Shown here: positions 60,723 to 64,000 of the stretch, one piece after another | Numbering within the stretch: position 1 is the stretch's first letter | How the letters are laid out: each line of letters starts with the position of its first letter | Assembly (NCBI GenBank): GCA_963665325.3 | Contig: CAXXWS020000002.1 | Coordinates: 928,001-992,000, forward strand | Direction of reading: 5' to 3' | Source of the DNA: Alphaproteobacteria bacterium | GTDB lineage: Bacteria; Pseudomonadota; Alphaproteobacteria; Bin95 | Length of the DNA stretch: 64,000 bases | The notes under the pieces: model-generated | What the model saw: only the letters and a program-made list of their open reading frames with translations | Told to the model about the DNA's origin: nothing | Database searches by the model: none | Program-made: the position numbers and the translations under genes

Positions 60723-62225
60723 ATGAATAACCCCGCAGTCAGGGTCCTCGCCGCCTGCGTCGCGGTTTTCCTGCTTTCGTCCTGCGAGGCGGCCCGGAAA
60801 TTCGGGTCCGATTTCGACAAATTCGGGACTAGTTTAACCGCCCAGTTCCAGGGAAAAAAAGCGCCGGTCGCAAAGCCCGAAAAAACCGCCCGGAAGCCTC
60901 CGCTCCACCACAGGACCAAACAGGTCGAACGCGACCGGCAGGCTCGAATTTCGACCACAGCCCCTGTAGACCCCGAAGAGATTCAACCGATCCCGAAAGC
61001 GACGGCCGAGCCGAAACGCCGGACGGCGCTGGGCGCCCTGTTGCCGCGACCCGCGCCGCGACCGTCAGGGGAGAACCGGGACGCTCCGGAATATCGGGGT
61101 CAAAAGCGAAAAGGCGTCGCGTCCGGAGAGGGAGAGTGGCGCTCGCCCGACGGCCACCGTTATGTCGGCGCGTTCCGGAATGGGAAGTTCCACGGGCGGG
61201 GCACATATTACTGGCCCGACGGCGAGCGCTACGAGGGCGATTTCCTGGACGGGAAATTCCAGGGAAACGCCGTCTGGTCTATGGCGAACGGGGATCGCTA
61301 TGCCGGGGAGGTGCGCGACGGCAAGTTCCACGGCAAGGGCACCTACAGTAGTCCCGGCGGCGAGCGGTACGACGGCGATTTCAGGGACGGGAAGTTCTAC
61401 GGTTTCGGCGACTGGACGATGGCGGACGGCAATCGCTATGTCGGCGATGTCCGCGATGACGAGTTCCACGGATGCGGCGCCTATATCTGGGCCAATGGCG
61501 AGTATTACGCGGGTGAGTTCCGGCGCGACAGATTTCAGGGACTCGGCAGCTACGCCTGGCCGGACGGGCTGATGACGACCTGCGAATGGCGGGATGACGC
61601 GGAATTGGAGGGAAGCTGCATCGAGCATCCGGCGGACGGGACGCTTCCCGAACGGGCCGCAGCCGCTTGTTTCCGCACGGCATTCTGGCGCGGCGCCCTG
61701 CCGGTTCCGACCGGCGCCGACAGCGCGGCGCGGGCGGAAGGACAGAAGGCGACAGCGGTGGCCCCGGAAGGGGGGGACCGCGAAGAGGCGAAATATGAGG
61801 GTCAGCACCGCGACGGCAAGCCGCACGGCCGGGGAGTCCTCACCTTCGCCAACGGGGACCGCTATGTGGGCGAATTCGCCGAAGGCGAGATTCGCGGGCG
61901 CGGCACGATGCATCTCGCCAATGGCGATGTGTATGGCGGCGACGGCGAGTTCGACAAGCGGGGGTTCCAGGGCTGCGGCCTCTATGTCCGTGCGAACGGG
62001 GACCGGTATCTGGGGCAGTTCCGCGACGGCCGCTTCCACGGGCGCGGAACTTATGAATGGGCCGAGGGCGTGGCCGCGACCTGCGACTGGCGGGACGGCG
62101 TGCGGGTCGTGGAAAGCTGCAAGGCGCACCGCGTGACGGGCATCGGCGAGCGCTACCGGGGCGAGGGCGTCTGCGGCACGCTCACAGACAGGAATGTGAA
62201 GCAGCGCAAGAGATGGGGACGGTAG
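60723..62225 (+). CDS. MORN-repeat lipoprotein
   Basis: Lipobox LSSC; two arrays of YxGxF.dGkFHG.G.Y...dGxR repeats. Confidence 0.85.
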   Translation: MNNPAVRVLAACVAVFLLSSCEAARKFGSDFDKFGTSLTAQFQGKKAPVAKPEKTARKPPLHHRTKQVERDRQARISTTAPVDPEEIQPIPKATAEPKRRTALGALLPRPAPRPSGENRDAPEYRGQKRKGVASGEGEWRSPDGHRYVGAFRNGKFHGRGTYYWPDGERYEGDFLDGKFQGNAVWSMANGDRYAGEVRDGKFHGKGTYSSPGGERYDGDFRDGKFYGFGDWTMADGNRYVGDVRDDEFHGCGAYIWANGEYYAGEFRRDRFQGLGSYAWPDGLMTTCEWRDDAELEGSCIEHPADGTLPERAAAACFRTAFWRGALPVPTGADSAARAEGQKATAVAPEGGDREEAKYEGQHRDGKPHGRGVLTFANGDRYVGEFAEGEIRGRGTMHLANGDVYGGDGEFDKRGFQGCGLYVRANGDRYLGQFRDGRFHGRGTYEWAEGVAATCDWRDGVRVVESCKAHRVTGIGERYRGEGVCGTLTDRNVKQRKRWGR

Positions 62226-62369
62226 GCCCGGGGGGCGCTGCGCGGAACCGTCTATCCGTACATCCCGCAAGAGGGAGGGCGTTTCCGTCAGCAGTCCGCT
62301 TGCGCGCCGGTTTGCAGGCGGGGCTGGACCGCCTATCCTGCCGTGGCGCCGGTTGGGGAGGGGGCCGAC

Positions 62370-63497
62370 ATGAACCGACCGCTTGAGGGGTTGCTGGTGG
62401 TCAGCCTGGAGCAGGCCGTGGCGGCGCCGTTCCTGACGGCGCGGTTGGCGGATGCCGGCGCGCGCGTCATCAAGCTCGAACGCAGGGAAGGCGATTTCGC
62501 GCGCGGCTATGACAACTATGTGCGCGGCAGTTCCACCTATTTCGTCTATCTCAACCGGGGCAAGCAGTCGCTCGTCATCGACATCAAGGATGAGGACGAC
62601 CGCGCGCTGCTCCACCGCATTCTCGCCTCCGCCGATATCTGGGTGCAGAATCTGGCGCCGGGCGCGACCGAGCGCGCGGGCTTCGGTTCGGCGGAGTTGC
62701 GTGCCCGCTATCCGCGCCTCATCACGGTCGATATTTCCGGCTATGGCGAGACCGGCCCGCCCTACGACCGGATGAAGGCCTACGACATGCTGGTGCAGGC
62801 CGAAAGCGGCGTGGCGTCGGTGACCGGCTCGGAGGCGGAGCCCGGACGGATCGGCGTCTCCGCCTGCGATATCGCGACCGGCATGTTCAGCCATGCCGCC
62901 GTGCTGGAGGCGCTCATCAAGCGCGGCATCGACGGCAAGGGCTCCGCGATCAAGGCCTCGCTGTTCGCCTCGATGGCGGACTGGATGTCGGCGCCGCTGA
63001 TGTGGCACGAATATGCCGGCCGGACATGGCCGCGCATGGCGCTCCGCCACCCGGCGCTGGTGCCTTACGGCGCCTTCGAGACCTCGGATGGCCACCGGGT
63101 GATGATCGCCTGCCAGAACGACCGCGAATGGCGGCGCTTCGCCGAAACGGTGCTGGAACGCCCGGACCTCGCCGCCGCGCCGAAATATGCGACCCAGGTA
63201 GCGCGGGTGGAAAACCGGCAAGAAGTCGAGGCGGTGCTGGAGGGGATATTGGGCGCACTCGACCGCGAGACACTGCGCGCCCGGCTGGTTGCGGCCGATG
63301 TCGCGTTCGGCAGCGTGAACGCGGTTGCCGACCTCTCCGAGCATCCGGCTCTGCGCCGCGTGGAGATCGACACCGCCGGCGGACCGGTCAGCCATGTCGC
63401 GCCGGCGGTCTATTTCGATGGAGAGCCTCGGGAATACGGGCCGATCCCGGAGGTGGACGAACACGGCGCCCTGATCCGGGAGGAATTCTCGCCATGA
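62370..63497 (+). CDS. CaiB/BaiF family III CoA-transferase (itaconate CoA-transferase-like)
   Basis: LEQAVAAPF, GARVIKLER..GDFARGYD, NRGKQS, KAYD.LVQAE, CDIATG. Confidence 0.9.
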   Translation: MNRPLEGLLVVSLEQAVAAPFLTARLADAGARVIKLERREGDFARGYDNYVRGSSTYFVYLNRGKQSLVIDIKDEDDRALLHRILASADIWVQNLAPGATERAGFGSAELRARYPRLITVDISGYGETGPPYDRMKAYDMLVQAESGVASVTGSEAEPGRIGVSACDIATGMFSHAAVLEALIKRGIDGKGSAIKASLFASMADWMSAPLMWHEYAGRTWPRMALRHPALVPYGAFETSDGHRVMIACQNDREWRRFAETVLERPDLAAAPKYATQVARVENRQEVEAVLEGILGALDRETLRARLVAADVAFGSVNAVADLSEHPALRRVEIDTAGGPVSHVAPAVYFDGEPREYGPIPEVDEHGALIREEFSP

Positions 63498-64000
63498 CCT
63501 ACACAGCTGCGGACCTGGAGTATCTGCGCGATTCCATCGGCAATACCGAGGAAAGCCGCGACTTTGCCTCGCCGATGCAGATCCACGGCCTCGCCGCGCT
63601 TCTCGACAAGCCCGATGTGCCGCAGATGGGCGACCCCATCGGGCCGATGGGCCACTGGTGCTATTTCTATCCCCGGGTGCCGGCGTCCGGCATCGGCGCG
63701 GACGGGCACCCGGAGCGCGGCGGTTTCCTGCCGCCGACGCCTCTGCCGCGGCGCATGTTCGGCGGCTGCCGCACGACCTACCGTCAGGATGTGCTGATCG
63801 GCGAGGAGATCGTCCGCAAGGGGCGGATCAAGGATGTGGCAATCAAGGACGGGCGCACCGGCATGCTCGTGATCGTCACCATTGCCTACGAGATCGAGAG
63901 CCCGCGCGGCCTCTGCATCGAGGAAGAGCATGACATCGTCTACCGCGACAATCCGCCTGCTGACGCCGCCGACAGCCGCGGCAACAGCGGCAAGACGGGC
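63494..64000 (+). CDS. Itaconyl-CoA / mesaconyl-C4-CoA hydratase-like MaoC/HTD2 protein (partial; absent from the ORF track)
   Basis: ATGA overlap with the CoA-transferase; HWCYF, DGHPERGGFLPP.PLPRRMFGG, EEHDIVYRD; open to the window end. Confidence 0.85.
   Translation, partial: MTYTAADLEYLRDSIGNTEESRDFASPMQIHGLAALLDKPDVPQMGDPIGPMGHWCYFYPRVPASGIGADGHPERGGFLPPTPLPRRMFGGCRTTYRQDVLIGEEIVRKGRIKDVAIKDGRTGMLVIVTIAYEIESPRGLCIEEEHDIVYRDNPPADAADSRGNSGKTG

Overview
GC-rich alphaproteobacterial (probably Rhodospirillales-like; inference) chromosomal window, mostly metabolic and transport genes: leuB, pyridoxal kinase, CitE-family lyase, UbiD, leucyl aminopeptidase, msrP, cysQ, tsaC/sua5, asd, MetE-like, thyX, TRAP dctM, GMC oxidoreductase, a peptide/opine ABC operon with a D-carbamoylase, maiA, DUF3604-like, gpt, acyl-CoA dehydrogenase, homocysteine S-methyltransferase, a MORN lipoprotein and an ict/ich-like pair. 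There are four complete IS elements with readable terminal repeats and target duplications (IS21, two IS3, IS1634). Three of them interrupt genes whose frames can be rebuilt: an alpha/beta hydrolase, an AT-rich Sel1-like secreted protein and a SRAP peptidase. The most unusual signal is a two-copy dispersed module (about 7.5-8.6 kb on +, about 24.4-25.1 kb on -). Each copy has a GCTTGAC-N16-TAGAATGG promoter-like motif, a homologous GC-rich hairpin-forming non-coding tract, an unrelated ORF, and a 10-bp-phased CATGAC array. It may be an undescribed ncRNA or mobile cassette family. No rRNA, tRNA or CRISPR array was seen. All assignments come from reading the sequence by eye; no searches were run.
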